62,988 nt of DNA, filler included, from Octopus bimaculoides (GCF_001194135.2; 9 parts of 8 records of this genome joined end to end with filler, not necessarily neighbours in it); one strand, 5' to 3'. Shown: positions 40,183 through 53,763, numbered from the whole stretch's first letter. Notes: generated by a model not told the origin, from the letters alone. A program made the numbers and translations.

Positions 40183-40300
40183 CCTTGTTTCTTTCTGTGG
40201 AAGAGCGTAGGCTCGAAACGTTAAAGACTTTTTCACTTCTCGAGTGTTATACTAATACATCTGTTTGTTGTCTACACCACCTGTCTTCGTCTTTTGGGTT
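40180..40300 (+). mobile_element. Penelope-LTR-like repeat copy with hammerhead-like motif (40191-40226)
   Basis: CTTT-CTGTGGA-A-GAGC-GTAG-GCTC-GAAAC-GTT-AAAG; homologous to 1130-1320. Confidence 0.55.
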
Positions 40301-40323
40301 TTTTTAATGAATTCTCCCCCCCC

Positions 40324-40360
<37 letters not shown>

Positions 40361-41241
40361 CTGCGTGTGTGTGTGTGTGCGTATTTATATGTATGTATCT
40401 GTCTACACGTATAGACACGAACGAAACAGACGAACTGAGTGAATGCGAAATAAAAACTCTCCAACCAGAAAACAAAACAGCCTTTCGTTAGATTCGATCT
40501 AGTGTCCAACAAGTAATCAAGCAGATAGTCGTTGTCTTTAACCAGTCGGTCCACCTCCACTGTTGCGTAACGAAGCACCTTTACTATATTTATCTTCGTT
40601 GCTCATTCATCCGTCTCAATTTTAAAGTTTAGGCAATTATGGGGAAAGAGAGATGAAAAGACCTTCGAAATTGAGAAACACGGCTGAATATTATTGAAAT
40701 ATTAAAGAAAGAGGTAGATAGAAAGGGAGATAATCTAATTAAGAAGCTGTCTGAAGGCGAAGTCTTGAATTCAAATATGACCTTTGAGCCGAGGGTCACG
40801 ACGAAACTGTTTCGAATATGACCCACGCTTGATCCGACTGTAGTTTCGCATCATTAACTTTGCTTAAGACATTCAATCAAGCAGAAAGCAAAGGAATTTA
40901 TAAATACCTGATACGAGGCGATGACCTTACATAGTTTTCAAGTGTATCTATATACGCACGTGTGTGTATGCGTGTGAGTTTGGGCGGATGTTCGTGTATA
41001 TGTGTGTGTGTGTATGTTAGTGTTTGGGTGTATATGTATGATTGTTTGAGAACGTGTGTGTTTAAGTGTGTATGTGTTTGTGTGTGCATGCGTCTGGGTG
41101 CTTGGGAGTATATGTGTGTCTATATACGTGTGTGTTCAGGTATGTGTGTGTTTGTGAAAGGTCTAAGCGAATGTGTGTGTATGTGTGTGTGTATATATAC
41201 GAAACTTTTATTATGCGCTTTTGTGTGTATGTCCGCTAGAC

Positions 41242-41277
<36 letters not shown>

Positions 41278-41476
41278 TGTGTTAGTGTGTAGGAATGTAT
41301 ATATGAGTGTTTGCGTGTGACTGCGTCTAAAGGAGTGTGTTTATGCGTAAGCTAGTGAAAAGTTATATGTGTTTGTGTGTATGTATATGTTTATACGCAT
41401 ATATATATATGTATATGTATTTGTATGCAGCTACACGGTTGCATATGTTTTCACATGTATAACATATGTGCGTACG

Positions 41477-41509
<33 letters not shown>

Positions 41510-42555
41510 ATGTGTGTGTGAGTGCGCGTGCGACGTATGTGTGTGTATGTGTGTATGTTTGTGTCTATGTATGCATATTCATGTGTACCTATGTGTGAGT
41601 ATATATAGGTGTGAGTGTATGACTCTGTACGTATGTCCATAGGCATGTGTGTGTCTGTGTTTGTTTGACAATATGCATGCGTGAATGTATATGTATGTGC
41701 ATGTTTCATATANNNNNNNNNNNNNNNNNNNNNNNNNNNNNNNNNNNNNNNNNNNNNNNNNNNNNNNNNNNNNNNNNNNNNNNNNNNNNNNNNNNNNNNN
41801 NNNNNNNNNNNNNNNNNNNNNNNNNNNNNNNNNNNNNNNNNNNNNNNNNNNNNNNNNNNNNNNNNNNNNNNNNNNNNNNNNNNNNNNNNNNNNNNNNNNN
41901 NNNNNNNNNNNNNNNNNNNNNNNNNNNNNNNNNNNNNNNNNNNNNNNNNNNNNNNNNNNNNNNNNNNNNNNNNNNNNNNNNNNNNNNNNNNNNNNNNNNN
42001 NNNNNNNNNNNNNNNNNNNNNNNNNNNNNNNNNNNNNNNNNNNNNNNNNNNNNNNNNNNNNNNNNNNNNNNNNNNNNNNNNNNNNNNNNNNNNNNNNNNN
42101 NNNNNNNNNNNNNNNNNNNNNNNNNNNNNNNNNNNNNNNNNNNNNNNNNNNNNNNNNNNNNNNNNNNNNNNNNNNNNNNNNNNNNNNNNNNNNNNNNNNN
42201 NNNNNNNNNNNNNNNNNNNNNNNNNNNNNNNTATATATGTATGTATGTATGTATGTATGTTGCAATGTTACATCATATATACGATGTTTGCTATTCCGAG
42301 ATTGTATTTATGTGTATGTATAAATACATTCATATATATTACATAATGCATATTGCAATGATATACTATACAAATATATACGCATATACACACATACATA
42401 TGTATATTATATACCATATATAACAATGTGATATATATTATATAACATATATAATATATATGCATTGCATAATGTATACTATTACAATATAACCATATAG
42501 ACATATGTCAGATATATTTGTATTACTAATTAGATATGAATTTTATCACACACAC

Positions 42556-42588
<33 letters not shown>

Positions 42589-42869
42589 TCTGCAGTAGGA
42601 CTAACAGGATAAACAGAATTAATGGCAGAAGTATATTCTTTTATTCTTCTATTCTTTTACTTGTTTCACTCATTTGACTGCGGTCATTCTGGAGCACCGC
42701 TTTTAGTCGAACAGTACTTATTCTTTCTAAGCCTAGTACTAATTCTATCGGACCCTTTTGCCGAAGCACTGTGTTACGGGAACGTAAACACACCAGCACC
42801 GGTTGTCAAGCGACAGTGGGGAACAAATACAGACATACAAACACACACATATATACATAAATGTTATTC

Positions 42870-42995
42870 ATGATTGACCATGATTGACCGGTCAATCCAT
42901 AAATTTTCTTTTATTCTCTCTCTATTTATTTCTTCTTATTACTTTCTGCTGAAGAGCGTAGACTCGAAACGTAAAAAATTTTCTCACCTTCCCGT
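42870..42995 (+). mobile_element. Penelope-LTR-like repeat copy with hammerhead-like motif (42942-42977)
   Basis: CTTT-CTGCTGA-A-GAGC-GTAG-ACTC-GAAAC-GTA; homologous to 1130-1320. Confidence 0.55.
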
Positions 42996-43603
42996 CGTAT
43001 ATATATATACACGACGGGATTCTTTCAGTTTCCGTTTACCAAATCCACTCACATGATTTGGTCGACACAAGGTCATAATAGAAGACACTTGCCCAAGCCG
43101 CTACGGCGTGGGACTGAACCTCGAAACATGTGGCTGGGCAGCAAACTGCTTACCTCCTTACATCCATGCCTACATATGTATATATGTATATATATATATA
43201 TATATNNNNNNNNNNNNNNNNNNNNNNNNNNNNNNNNNNNNNNNNNNNNNNNNNNNNNNNNNNNNNNNNNNNNNNNNNNNNNNNNNNNNNNNNNNNNNNN
43301 NNNNNNNNNNNNNNNNNNNNNNNNNNNNNNNNNNNNNNNNNNNNNNNNNNNNNNNNNNNNNNNNNNNNNNNNNNNNNNNNNNNNNNNNNNNNNNNNNNNN
43401 NNNNNNNNNNNNNNNNNNNNNNNNNNNNNNNNNNNNNNNNNNNNNNNNNNNNNNNNNNNNNNNNNNNNNNNNNNNNNNNNNNNNNNNNNNNNNNNNNNNN
43501 NNNNNNNNNNNNNNNNNNNNNNNNNNNNNNNNNNNNNNNNNNNNNNNNNNNNNNNNNNNNNTATATATATGCTTATATCTAGATATCTATATCTTGATAG
43601 ATT

Positions 43604-43643
<40 letters not shown>

Positions 43644-44649
43644 CCTGTCTGTTTGTCTGCTGTCTGTATGTATGCATATGTGCTTCTTTTCGTTATTGGT
43701 ACGGGGACTTAGAATCTCTGCTCATTCCCCCGATTTCAATTACTGTCTATCAATCGCTGTCTCTGTGTCTGTCTTTATGTGCAATCTTAAAGACGTGTAA
43801 TCTAAAATGCACTTATAACAACAATAAGGTTTATTCAAGGATGATGAACGAAACAACCATGTTTCCGGGGGTAAATTATTCAAACTCCAAACTCCAAGGA
43901 TTTCCTCTCAACATAGGGCTATGATTCTCCCCCACTACTCCTGCTCGTGATCAGAGATGCACATATCGTCAGCCACTAAGAGACATGCTCAACTGGTTAA
44001 GGTCAAACAACTGACAAGCAAATCTGTGGTATTGAGTAGAATATTTGTTGAAGCCCATCTTTTTATATCAAAATAAGACAATAAACTTGCTATTATTATT
44101 ATTGTATTATTATTATCATTATTATTATTATTATGATTATTATTATTATTATTATGATTATTATTAATCATAACTCCTCTCAACCCACGTGACAGAACAT
44201 ATTTTCAATGAAATGCCATGAAGAGAATTCTTAAGTTTCAAGTCGACTGGAATANNNNNNNNNNNNNNNNNNNNNNNNNNNNNNNNNNNNNNNNNNNNTT
44301 AATTAATTAANNNNNNNNNNNNNNNNNNNNNNNNNNNNNNNNNNNNNNNNNNNNGATTTAGATAGAAAACCTGATAACCAATCGATACTTTCGGCACCTG
44401 TGTCTGATTGGTACTTTATTTAATCGAAACCAGAAGAATGAAAGTTAAAGTCTGAATTCGACGGAATTTTAACTCGGAAAATAAATAACCCGATGAAATT
44501 CTCCAGAGCATTTCCTTCGACTCTTTAAGGATTCTACCAACGATTTTTTTTTCCTGGCTGTGTGGCAAGATGTTTGCTTCCCAACCACAGGGTTTCTGGT
44601 TCAGTTCAATTGCTTAGTTAGTGGACGGAAACTGAAAGAAGCCCCTCAT

Positions 44650-44695
<46 letters not shown>

Positions 44696-45474
44696 CAGTG
44701 TTCTTTTCTTATGATTATAGGCCTTTGCTCCTGAAATATAATGCTTTTATAACAGTATTAAGTATTCGTATTGACAGAAGCTTTCTATTCTCTCTCTTTT
44801 TACCTTCTTCGATATTACAATACTTCAAGCGAACTGCAACGTTATGCGTGTGTGTGTGTGTGTGTATGTGTGTCTGCGTGCGCGCGCGCATGTGTCATGT
44901 GTCATGTGTCTGTGTATGTGTTTGTCCCTCACCACCATTTGACAACCGGTGTTGGTGTGCTTACGTCCCTATAACTTAGCTAGCAGTTCGGTCAAGTAGC
45001 CGATAGAATAAGTACCAGTCTTGTTGCATAAATAAATAAAGTCCTGCTGTTCATTCATTCGACAAAAAGGCGTTGCCCCAGCATGACCGCAGTGTAATGA
45101 CTGAAACAAGTAAAATAGATAAAAGAGATAAAGAGATAAAGAGGCATTAGGCTAAATGAGACACGTGTGTGTGTGTGTGTGTGTGTGTGTCTGTGTGTGG
45201 TGAGAAGGGAGGTACCATTTGATGTCGTCAATTACGGTTCACGCAAAGTACTTCATCCAGTCAGCTTCAGAGGGATGAATAGCAAAGGTGGCCTCGACGA
45301 GACATAACAAATAGTGGATGGCTGTGTGGTAAGAAGTTTGCTTCCCAACCACAGGGTTTCTGGTTCAGTCCATTGCGTGACACCTTGAGCAAGTGTCTTC
45401 TACTATAGTCTCAGGCTGACCAAAGCGTTGTGAGTGGATTTGCTAGACGGAAACTGAAAGAAGTCCGTTGTATT

Positions 45475-45505
<31 letters not shown>

Positions 45506-46584
45506 AGATACACTTACTTGGAAATGGGTGCGTGACGTTCAATCAAATAATATAAATTATATATTTAATTTTTCTAAGTCTCTCTTAGAAATATTAATAA
45601 CTCTATTTATATATTTAATTATTTATATTATTATATATATGTGTGTGTATGTCTCTTTGTGCCTGTGTTTGTCCCCCACCACCGCTTAACAACCGATGCC
45701 AGTGTGTTTGTCCCCCATATCTAGCGGTTCAGCAAAATAGATCAATAGAATAAGTAATAGGCGCTACAAAAAAACAAAAACAAAGTCCTAGGGTCGATTT
45801 GTTCGACTAAAACCGTTCAAGGTGTTGCTCCAGTAAGGTCGCAGACAAATGACGACCAATTAATAGAAAAGGATAAAAAAAAGCACTGAACTCCCACCTA
45901 CACCTGCCATAATTCCCAACTCCCACACTTCTACCCATTCTTCCTATAAACAACAGCCATAGAGCAAAACAAACAAAAAAGAAAAACAAAAAAGAAAAAA
46001 GCAGTTAGAAAGACAAACATCTGCGCAGGGACGTAGAAGAAGCTTTAAGGCGCGCAGTGATGGCAAAGACTGGGTGTGGTTAGTAGAAGTCGGTTTGTAA
46101 ATCGACCAGAAGTAGTAGTGTTTCATAAGAAGAGTCACTTTCATAGCAGCAGAGAAGATAGTGTTTTTTTTTTTTTTTTACTTTTTATGTGTGAATGTAT
46201 GAATGGGTGTGTCTGTCAATACGTCTGTAGGGTGTGTACAGATATATGTTCGTATGGATGACTATGTTACTAAACATACATATATACACACCCGAACACA
46301 TAAATGCAGGTACATATACACAGCACATAGGCACACATACACGCACGCTTAAACACAGACATACATGCAAACATGAGTGTGTGTGTCTGTGTATGTATAT
46401 ATATATATATNNNNNNNNNNNNNNNNNNNNNNNNNNNNNNNNNNNNNNNNNNNNTTAATTAATTAANNNNNNNNNNNNNNNNNNNNNNNNNNNNNNNNNN
46501 NNNNNNNNNNTTCTCTTTAACCCGGGCAAAGCCAGGTATTTCTGCTAGTATATATATATAATTTATATGCATATATGTTTATAC

Positions 46585-47200
46585 ACTTAATTGATAAACT
46601 TCTGGAAAGTTTTACAGATTTTTACAGTTCCAGTGATGGCTTTGATCTGTAGTCAGTTTTCTCCTTTCTGGGTTTGAGAAGACTAATTTCTCAAGATTGG
46701 TATTTAGGCAGTGTGTTACATATCTATGTCATTATTCAGTTTATTTCAAGATTTCTTGCTAATAGAAAAAGAACAGGTTTCTAACTTAGATCCAAGGTTC
46801 CTTCATTGGAATTTCAATATTAACAACAGGGTATTTTGTTTGTATGTATGTATGTATGTATGTATGTATGTATATATGCGTAGATTTGTATGCTTTATGT
46901 ATGTATTCTCATGCATATAGCTACATATCTAGACATGCTCATATATATTTAAATGATAAACTTCTGGAAAGTTTTACAGATTTTTACAGTTCCAGGGATG
47001 GATTGGATTTTACAGTTCCAGGGATGGTCATCGAATTAGCTTTTTCCTTTCTTATTTTGAGATTTTCTCAAGACTGGTATTTAGGCAGTGTGTTACATAT
47101 CCCAGGGCCCCATTAACTACAGGTATAAACCTCAACTTGTAATCGGAATCGAGCAACTGCATATTTCTCAATAGTTCAGCGTAGGTATTCTCTTTTTCAC
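46585..47200 (-). mobile_element. Two 3'-end fragments (46585-46735 and 46950-47200) of an RLE-type non-LTR retrotransposon
   Basis: Minus translation EKENTYAELLRNMQLL...KLRFIPVVNGALGYVTHCL (RLE C-terminus, P...GALG motif). The GATAAACTTCTGGAAAGTTTTACAGATTTTTACAGTTCCAG terminus occurs twice. Confidence 0.75.
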
Positions 47201-47535
47201 TGATCGTATGTATGTATGTATTGATCTCTAACATAGGCGCAATCGTTTGCATTTTGGAGTAGGGGTATACTGCACTTTATTGACACAAGAAGTTAACGAA
47301 GTTAACAGTAGTCATATTAAAGTAAAAACAAAATATGGTTGACACATATCAGTCTTGATACAATGATATCCATCGTCGGTAAATGAAAATTTGTCTGGTC
47401 AATCAATAGTCACTATTGTATGACGGTAATGTACACTAGAAACAGTCATTTTCTCAGCCCCCCCCAAAAAAAAAGGTGGGGGTCTGAATATTGTTGAAAC
47501 AAATATTTTTTTTACTTTGTTTAATTATATTTCAG

Positions 47536-47693
47536 TTTAGAGGAAAATAGAAAGATCTTTACTATTAACTGTGTAGTGCTATACCATATTACTAAAGATG
47601 AAATGTGGAAATACGTGTACAATACTCTGAACACATCGCAGACATTATGTAACCTGAGAATTGAGTCACGTAACCTGAAATTAATTGATGAAA
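47536..47693 (+). CDS. Adhesion-GPCR-like ectodomain exon, possible SEA-like C-terminal half (LEENRKIFTINCVVLYHITKDEMWKYVYNTLNTSQTLCNLRIESRNLKLIDE)
   Basis: Acceptor ttatatttcag|, donor A|GTAAGT, 158 nt fully open (phase 2 to 1), splices in frame to 49612. The SEA assignment is inference. Confidence 0.7.
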
Positions 47694-47853
47694 GTAAGTG
47701 GTGTGTTTCTCATTATTTTTATCTCCATCACCATCATCATTACCTTCATCTTCGTTATTGTAATCGTCAATGCCGTCGTCGTCGTCGTCTTCATCATCAT
47801 CATCATTATCATCATCATCATCATCATCATCATATCATCATCATCATCTCATC

Positions 47854-47902
<49 letters not shown>

Positions 47903-48060
47903 ACAATAGTATACAATAGTGGAAGGAAGGAATGAAAGAAAGGGGCAGCCATCTAATCTTTTTGGAAATACAGCTCCACTCAAAATATAACTCCAACAAA
48001 AAGAACCCAAAATTTCAACCTAATGGCCATGACAATGACATTATCAACAGCAATAATAAT

Positions 48061-48231
48061 GGTTTCAAACCTTGGTACAAAGCCATCAATTTGAGTAGAT
48101 GGGGGCGTAAGTCGATTACATCAACATCAAGTACTCAACTGGTACTTAATTTATCGACCTCCGACAGGATGAAAGACAAAGTCGACATCGGCGAAATTTG
48201 AACTCAGGACGGACAAAATGCCTCAAACATT
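48061..48231 (-). mobile_element. SINE fragment inserted into a duplicated S/T-rich intronic segment
   Basis: SINE blocks as at 22625; homology to 49051-49250 resumes on both sides of it. Confidence 0.8.
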
Positions 48232-48468
48232 TAATACCATTAGCAGAAATAGCAACTACAGTACCAACATTCCTATCAGAAATTAGGGTCAGAGTCGTTT
48301 GTGGTCGTTTAGTTACCATGTTTATGGTATCAGCTGGAAACAGTTTGCCTCCTGGTAGGCTGACAATGATTGCGTTGATATGAATTTTCGTAGTGCACTC
48401 CTACCTTTACTCTACCACTTGCACGCATTAACGTTCTGTATACTGTCCTACATACACTCACGCGTATA

Positions 48469-48504
<36 letters not shown>

Positions 48505-49611
48505 NNNNNNNNNNAGAGAGAGAGAGATACGTGCTGTGAAGTGTGACACGTAGCCAAGGTTGTGACAAAGTACCATGTCCCTCAATCCAGTCCTATATTC
48601 TGCAAAGTCTAACGCAGGGCATAAAACCACGACAAATGTTTGTGTACGGAATACCAGCCACGTCAAATTATTACTAAAATTTAGAAATCATATGAATTTT
48701 ATACTTGAAAAAACCCAATCTTCTTTCGGCAGATTACTCCCAGGATAACATAACTACTTGTTTAAACATCATATAATCTTCTTAAAACTCCTCTTTAATG
48801 TTAAGCAAAATACCAAAAAGAGTAAAGTAATACCGTTACATATTCACTACATATCCACGTTATGCAAATCATCAACAACATCGGAGGCAAACCGTGGTGA
48901 GAGGTAAATAAACAGAGCACAGACGTTCGAGGCCACGCTTTTCCTTTGTAAGTGGTACAATACGCGTTGCCATTCTTACAGACACGTACGCTTCTCAACG
49001 TATACTATTGAGGAGGAATGGAGCGACAGAAGCAAGGACAAAACTTTGTAGGCAATACAGCTCCATCGTCAAACACTCCAACAACAACCAAAAATTCCAG
49101 CCTAGACTCTATGACAATAACACTGATAGCAACAATAATGATAACACCATTAACAAGAATGACAGCACCAGTACCAGCATTCCTGTCATAAAGAATTGTC
49201 ACAGACGCTTGTGGTCGGGTTGTTGTCAAGTTTGTGGTATCAGCTGGAAAATATATTTGTTTTCATAGCAAACCACTTTCGAGCGAATTGCTTAGTGTTA
49301 GGGTTAAGCCTGACTTGCCTCGACCGAGATTGTTTAATGATTCTAAAATGTCCTTATTTTACATATTCTCGGGATTTTATGTTACGATGGGAAACTATTT
49401 CCCCGTGTTTGTTGATAATAAATCGTATAAATCGTGTATCATTGTTCTCAAATCAGCCAGCATAACCAAACCCTTACAAAGACACCAACTACTACTACTT
49501 GGAATGCCACCCTTACCGATTTCAACGTTATCAATATCAATGTGTTTCCTTTTATATAAACCACATTATTGAACTCTCTCCTACATATCCCATATCTATG
49601 TTCTTTTTCAG

Positions 49612-49726
49612 TGTTTTGTAAAGAAGACACAACATCAACTGAAAATGATACTTTCAATTGGCCAATGACAAAAGTTGGAACGACTGTGAAGATTCCCTGT
49701 CATGCAAATGTAGCAACAAGACGTTG
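49612..49726 (+). CDS. Adhesion GPCR exon, HormR (HRM) domain N-terminal part (FCKEDTTSTENDTFNWPMTKVGTTVKIPCHANVATRRC)
   Basis: C...W..T..G.....PC.....R.C pattern; acceptor ttctttttcag|; donor TG|GTCCGT; phase 1 to 2. Confidence 0.85.
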
Positions 49727-50681
49727 GTCCGTTTCTAGTGCTTTACTTCTAATAATATTTTTATAGTTTTCATTATTGTGCTTTTTATGAGAGAATGTTA
49801 TACGGTATAATAAATAAACATTTATTGAGATTAAGAGGATAGTATTAAATTCCATCGGTTCAGATCTTTTATCACAGCTATTTTACCCAAAATAGGACAG
49901 AATTTGCTTTGGTTTGACTACCAAGGTTTGCTTTGTTGTCAATAATAAACATTGCTTTAAAGCATTTCTTGTAAAGGTTCGTGTAAGTGCCAGAAGAAAT
50001 AAATAAAATAATTTAAGAAGGAACATATATATTCAGACATAGACAAGATTCATCAATAATTCTGTTGATTTCAGGCTAATATTATTTATTCGATTTTATG
50101 ATTACTGTGGATCAACCTGCTTTGTTATTATACGGTGGTGAACGAAGAAAGTAGATCAGCGTGGGACTTGATCCATGCCATTCGACAGTCTAAACCTCCA
50201 AATTTTTATCTACTCAGTATTATAAGCTTTAAAAAGTAAGTCAGCCATTTGTGTCTGTATTAGGAAAGATACGTAAATCTACTGCTGATTTTGATGATGA
50301 TAATGGTGACGGAATGTAAGCATATGATTTCCCCGCTCAACTTTGACTAACCGCCCTGTACCTTAATACTTCATTACCTGTACCATTGAAACCAATCTTA
50401 TACTAAAGAATCATAACAACAAATTATTATAAATAAAAGCAGATGTTGCAATATTCTTTTAAGCCTTAAACTTTAGTTAGGAAATATTTTACGTTGGCTT
50501 TGAGGTTACGGAGATAGAGTAAATAAGAAATTACTGACAAAATACATTACAGTATTTATTCTCGATCCACTAGATTATGAGTTCAAATCACAACCAAGTC
50601 GATGTACTTCTTGTATTCCTCTGAGATTGACGGAATAAGAAAGAGTAAACACGTCTGACAATATTTTACATTTATTTTCAG

Positions 50682-50848
50682 CTCTTCCAGAACGGTTGTA
50701 CATCAAGAAATGCCAACAAACCAAAATATGACATCACCAAAGTGTTCACCATTCACTGGGATCTGGCAAGAACCAGACATGTCGCAGTGTTACAATACGG
50801 AGGGGATCACTCGTGAACTAAAGAACATAAGCAAAGAAATTGATAAAG
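50682..50848 (+). CDS. Adhesion GPCR exon, HormR C-terminal part and start of the GAIN helical region (SSRTVVHQEMPTNQNMTSPKCSPFTGIWQEPDMSQCYNTEGITRELKNISKEIDK)
   Basis: W..PD.S.C motif; acceptor tttattttcag|; the split codon TG|C restores the conserved Cys; donor AAG|GTCAGT (phase 1). Confidence 0.85.
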
Positions 50849-51329
50849 GTCAGTGNNNNNNNNNNNNNNNNNNNNNNNNNNNNNNNNNNNNNNNNNNNNT
50901 TAATTAATTAANNNNNNNNNNNNNNNNNNNNNNNNNNNNNNNNNNNNNNNNNNNNTGTATATATATGCGTGTGTGTGTATTTATATATGTATGCATATAT
51001 TTGTATGTATATACATGTATGTATATATGTACGTGTGTGTACATATATTCATATATATATGTATGTATGTATATACATGCATAATGATATGTGTTATTTC
51101 TTTACTACCCACAAGGGGCTACACACAGATGGGGACAAACAAGGACAGACAAACGGATTAAATCGATTATATCGATCCCAGTGCGTAACTGGTACTTATT
51201 TAATCGACCCCGAAAGGATGAAAGGCAAAGTCGACCTCGGCTGAATTTGAACTCAGAACGTAGCGGGCAGACGAAATACCGCATAATGATATGTGTATAT
51301 GTATTTGCTTGTAAGTATGTATGTATATG

Positions 51330-51360
<31 letters not shown>

Positions 51361-51932
51361 GGATCAACATATGTGTGGCGGCAAGAATTCGCTTCCTAGT
51401 CACATGGTTCTGGCCCGAATTGGTTCAGTGCCTCTGCATGGCTCTTTGAGCTGGTGCATTCTATGATGGCTCCGGACCGACCAAAACTTGTGCCTGGATT
51501 TGGTAGACGGAAAGCGAAAGAAAGGCCGCCGTATCTTCACGCATAGACAGTCGTATACTGACATACACGCTAACTGTGCGTAAAACACGGAAACGTAGAA
51601 AATGAAATTAAACTTGTCGCTTAAGGGTAACCCACTTGCCTGCAAAAACCGAGAACACACTACAACCACACTACAAACGCTTCCATGCGTTAATATGTAC
51701 ATATTTGCGACAATGTAAACTTTCATTTAATAAAGATGTCCTTGGCCTGAAGAGACGCCCGCGGTATACAACTCGCTTGGATATTTGCCACTTCTGAGGT
51801 TCCACTCGTTATGAAACATATGTAGCCCGGATGTTATCCACTCCAGTCGTTAACTCTTATATTCTTATTCGCATAGTCGACAACCCTGCTCGCCTACCGT
51901 GAAATATTAAAAGGATTTTTTGTCAGTTAATC

Positions 51933-52227
51933 GTTGTTGGCACTCCGTCGCTTACGACGTCGAGGGTTCCAGTTGATCCGATCAACGGAACAGCCTGCTC
52001 GTGAAATTAACGTGCAAGTGGCTGAGCACTCCACAGACACGTGTACCCTTAACATAGTTCTCGGGGATATTCAGCGTGACACAGTGTGACAAGGCTGACC
52101 CTTTGAATTACAGGCACAACAGAAACAGGAAGTAAGAGTAAGAGAAAGTTGTGGTGGAAGAGTACAGCAGGGTTCGCCACCATCCCCTGCCGGAGCCTCG
52201 TGGAGCTTTTAGGTGTTTTCGCTCAAT
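51933..52227 (-). mobile_element. tRNA-derived SINE, truncated by a gap
   Basis: Near-identical to 36085-36330. Confidence 0.85.
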
Positions 52228-52961
52228 NNNNNNNNNNNNNNNNNNNNNNNNNNNNNNNNNNNNNNNNNNNNNNNNNNNNNNNNNNNNNNNNNNNNNNNNN
52301 NNNNNNNNNNNNNNNNNNNNNNNNNNNNNNNNNNNNNNNNNNNNNNNNNNNNNNNNNNNNNNNNNNNNNNNNNNNNNNNNNNNNNNNNNNNNNNNNNNNN
52401 NNNNNNNNNNNNNNNNNNNNNNNNNNNNNNNNNNNNNNNNNNNNNNNNNNNNNNNNNNNNNNNNNNNNNNNNNNNNNNNNNNNNNNNNNNNNNNNNNNNN
52501 NNNNNNNNNNNNNNNNNNNNNNNNNNNNNNNNNNNNNNNNNNNNNNNNNNNNNNNNNNNNNNNNNNNNNNNNNNNNNNNNNNNNNNNNNNNNNNNNNNNN
52601 NNNNNNNNNNNNNNNNNNNNNNNNNNNNNNNNNNNNNNNNNNNNNNNNNNNNNNNNNNNNNNNNNNNNNNNNNNNNNNNNNNNNNNNNNNNNNNNNNNNN
52701 NNNNNNNNNNNNNNNNNNNNNNNNNNNNNNNNNNNNNNNNNNNNNNNNNNNNNNNNNNNNNNNNNNNNNNNNNNNNNNNNNNNNNNNNNNNNNNNNNNNN
52801 NNNNNNNNNNNNNNNNNNNNNNNNNNNNNNNNNNNNNNNNNNNNNNNNNNNNNNNNNNNNNNNNNNNNNNNNNNNNNNNNNNNNNNNNNNNNNNNNNNNN
52901 NNNNNNNNNNNNNNNNNNNNNNNNNNNNNNNNNNNNNNNNNNNNNNNNNNNNNNNNNNNNN

Positions 52962-53215
52962 TGGTAGACGGAAACTGAAAGAAGCCTGTCGTATATATGT
53001 ATATGTATATATATGTGTGTGTTTGTGTGTCTGTGTTTGTCCCACCAACATCGCTTGACAACCGATGCTGGTGTGTTTACATCCCCGTAAGTTAGCGGTT
53101 TGGCAAAAGAGACCGATAGAATAAGTACTAGGCTTACAAAGAATAAGTCAAAGGGTCGATTTGCTTGACTAAAGGCGGTGCTCCAGCATGGCCGCAGTCA
53201 AATGACTGAAACAAG
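52962..53215 (+). mobile_element. tRNA-derived SINE 3' half
   Basis: GGTAGACGGAAACTGAAAGAAGCC...GCAAAAGAGACCGATAGAATAAGTAC...CCAGCATGGCCGCAGTCAAATGACTGAAACAAGTAAAA. Confidence 0.9.
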
Positions 53216-53244
53216 TAAAAAAAAAACGAAGGAATTGATAATAA

Positions 53245-53605
53245 CCTGGGGGGGGGGATTAGGGATCAGTGCAGGAAAGTTGCTAACTGAAAAGCGCCTG
53301 GCCCAGAAGGGGTTCAGGGCTTTTTGCTTAAAAGCTTGACAACTCTGCCCCGGAGAATTGCGAGAGAGAGCCGGACGAAGTACTGAGTAGGGACATCGAA
53401 GTACCGGCCTGGATGAGAAAAGGGCGGACGCAACTATGCCAGAAGGGTCCGAGTAAAGGGAACGCGGTCGGAAATTCCCGACCAATGTCTTGTTTGCTTC
53501 TGATGCGGAAATTGACGACGGGCACCATGTCAAACAGCATCTGTGGGTACGAAGATGAGAACGACCTACTACCAGTGGAACAAAAAAGGGTGTAGACGTA
53601 AGAGA
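53245..53605 (+). mobile_element. R4/Dong-like retrotransposon RT N-terminal fragment
   Basis: KVAN*KAPGPEGVQGF..K.LT; VPAWMRKGRTQLCQK..KGNAVGNSRPMSCLLLMRKLTTG...LLPVEQK, matching RT domain 0/1 (APGPDG, NYRPI.CL...WKL.TG, EQKG). Confidence 0.85.
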
Positions 53606-53727
53606 GGAGGATCGAAGGATCGAAGGATCGAAGGATCGATTACTAATCGATAAGACTCTCCTGGCTGATTTGCAAGTAGAGACACTGCTTTAACAACAAC
53701 AACAATGATAGTAATAATAATAATAAA

Positions 53728-53763
<36 letters not shown>

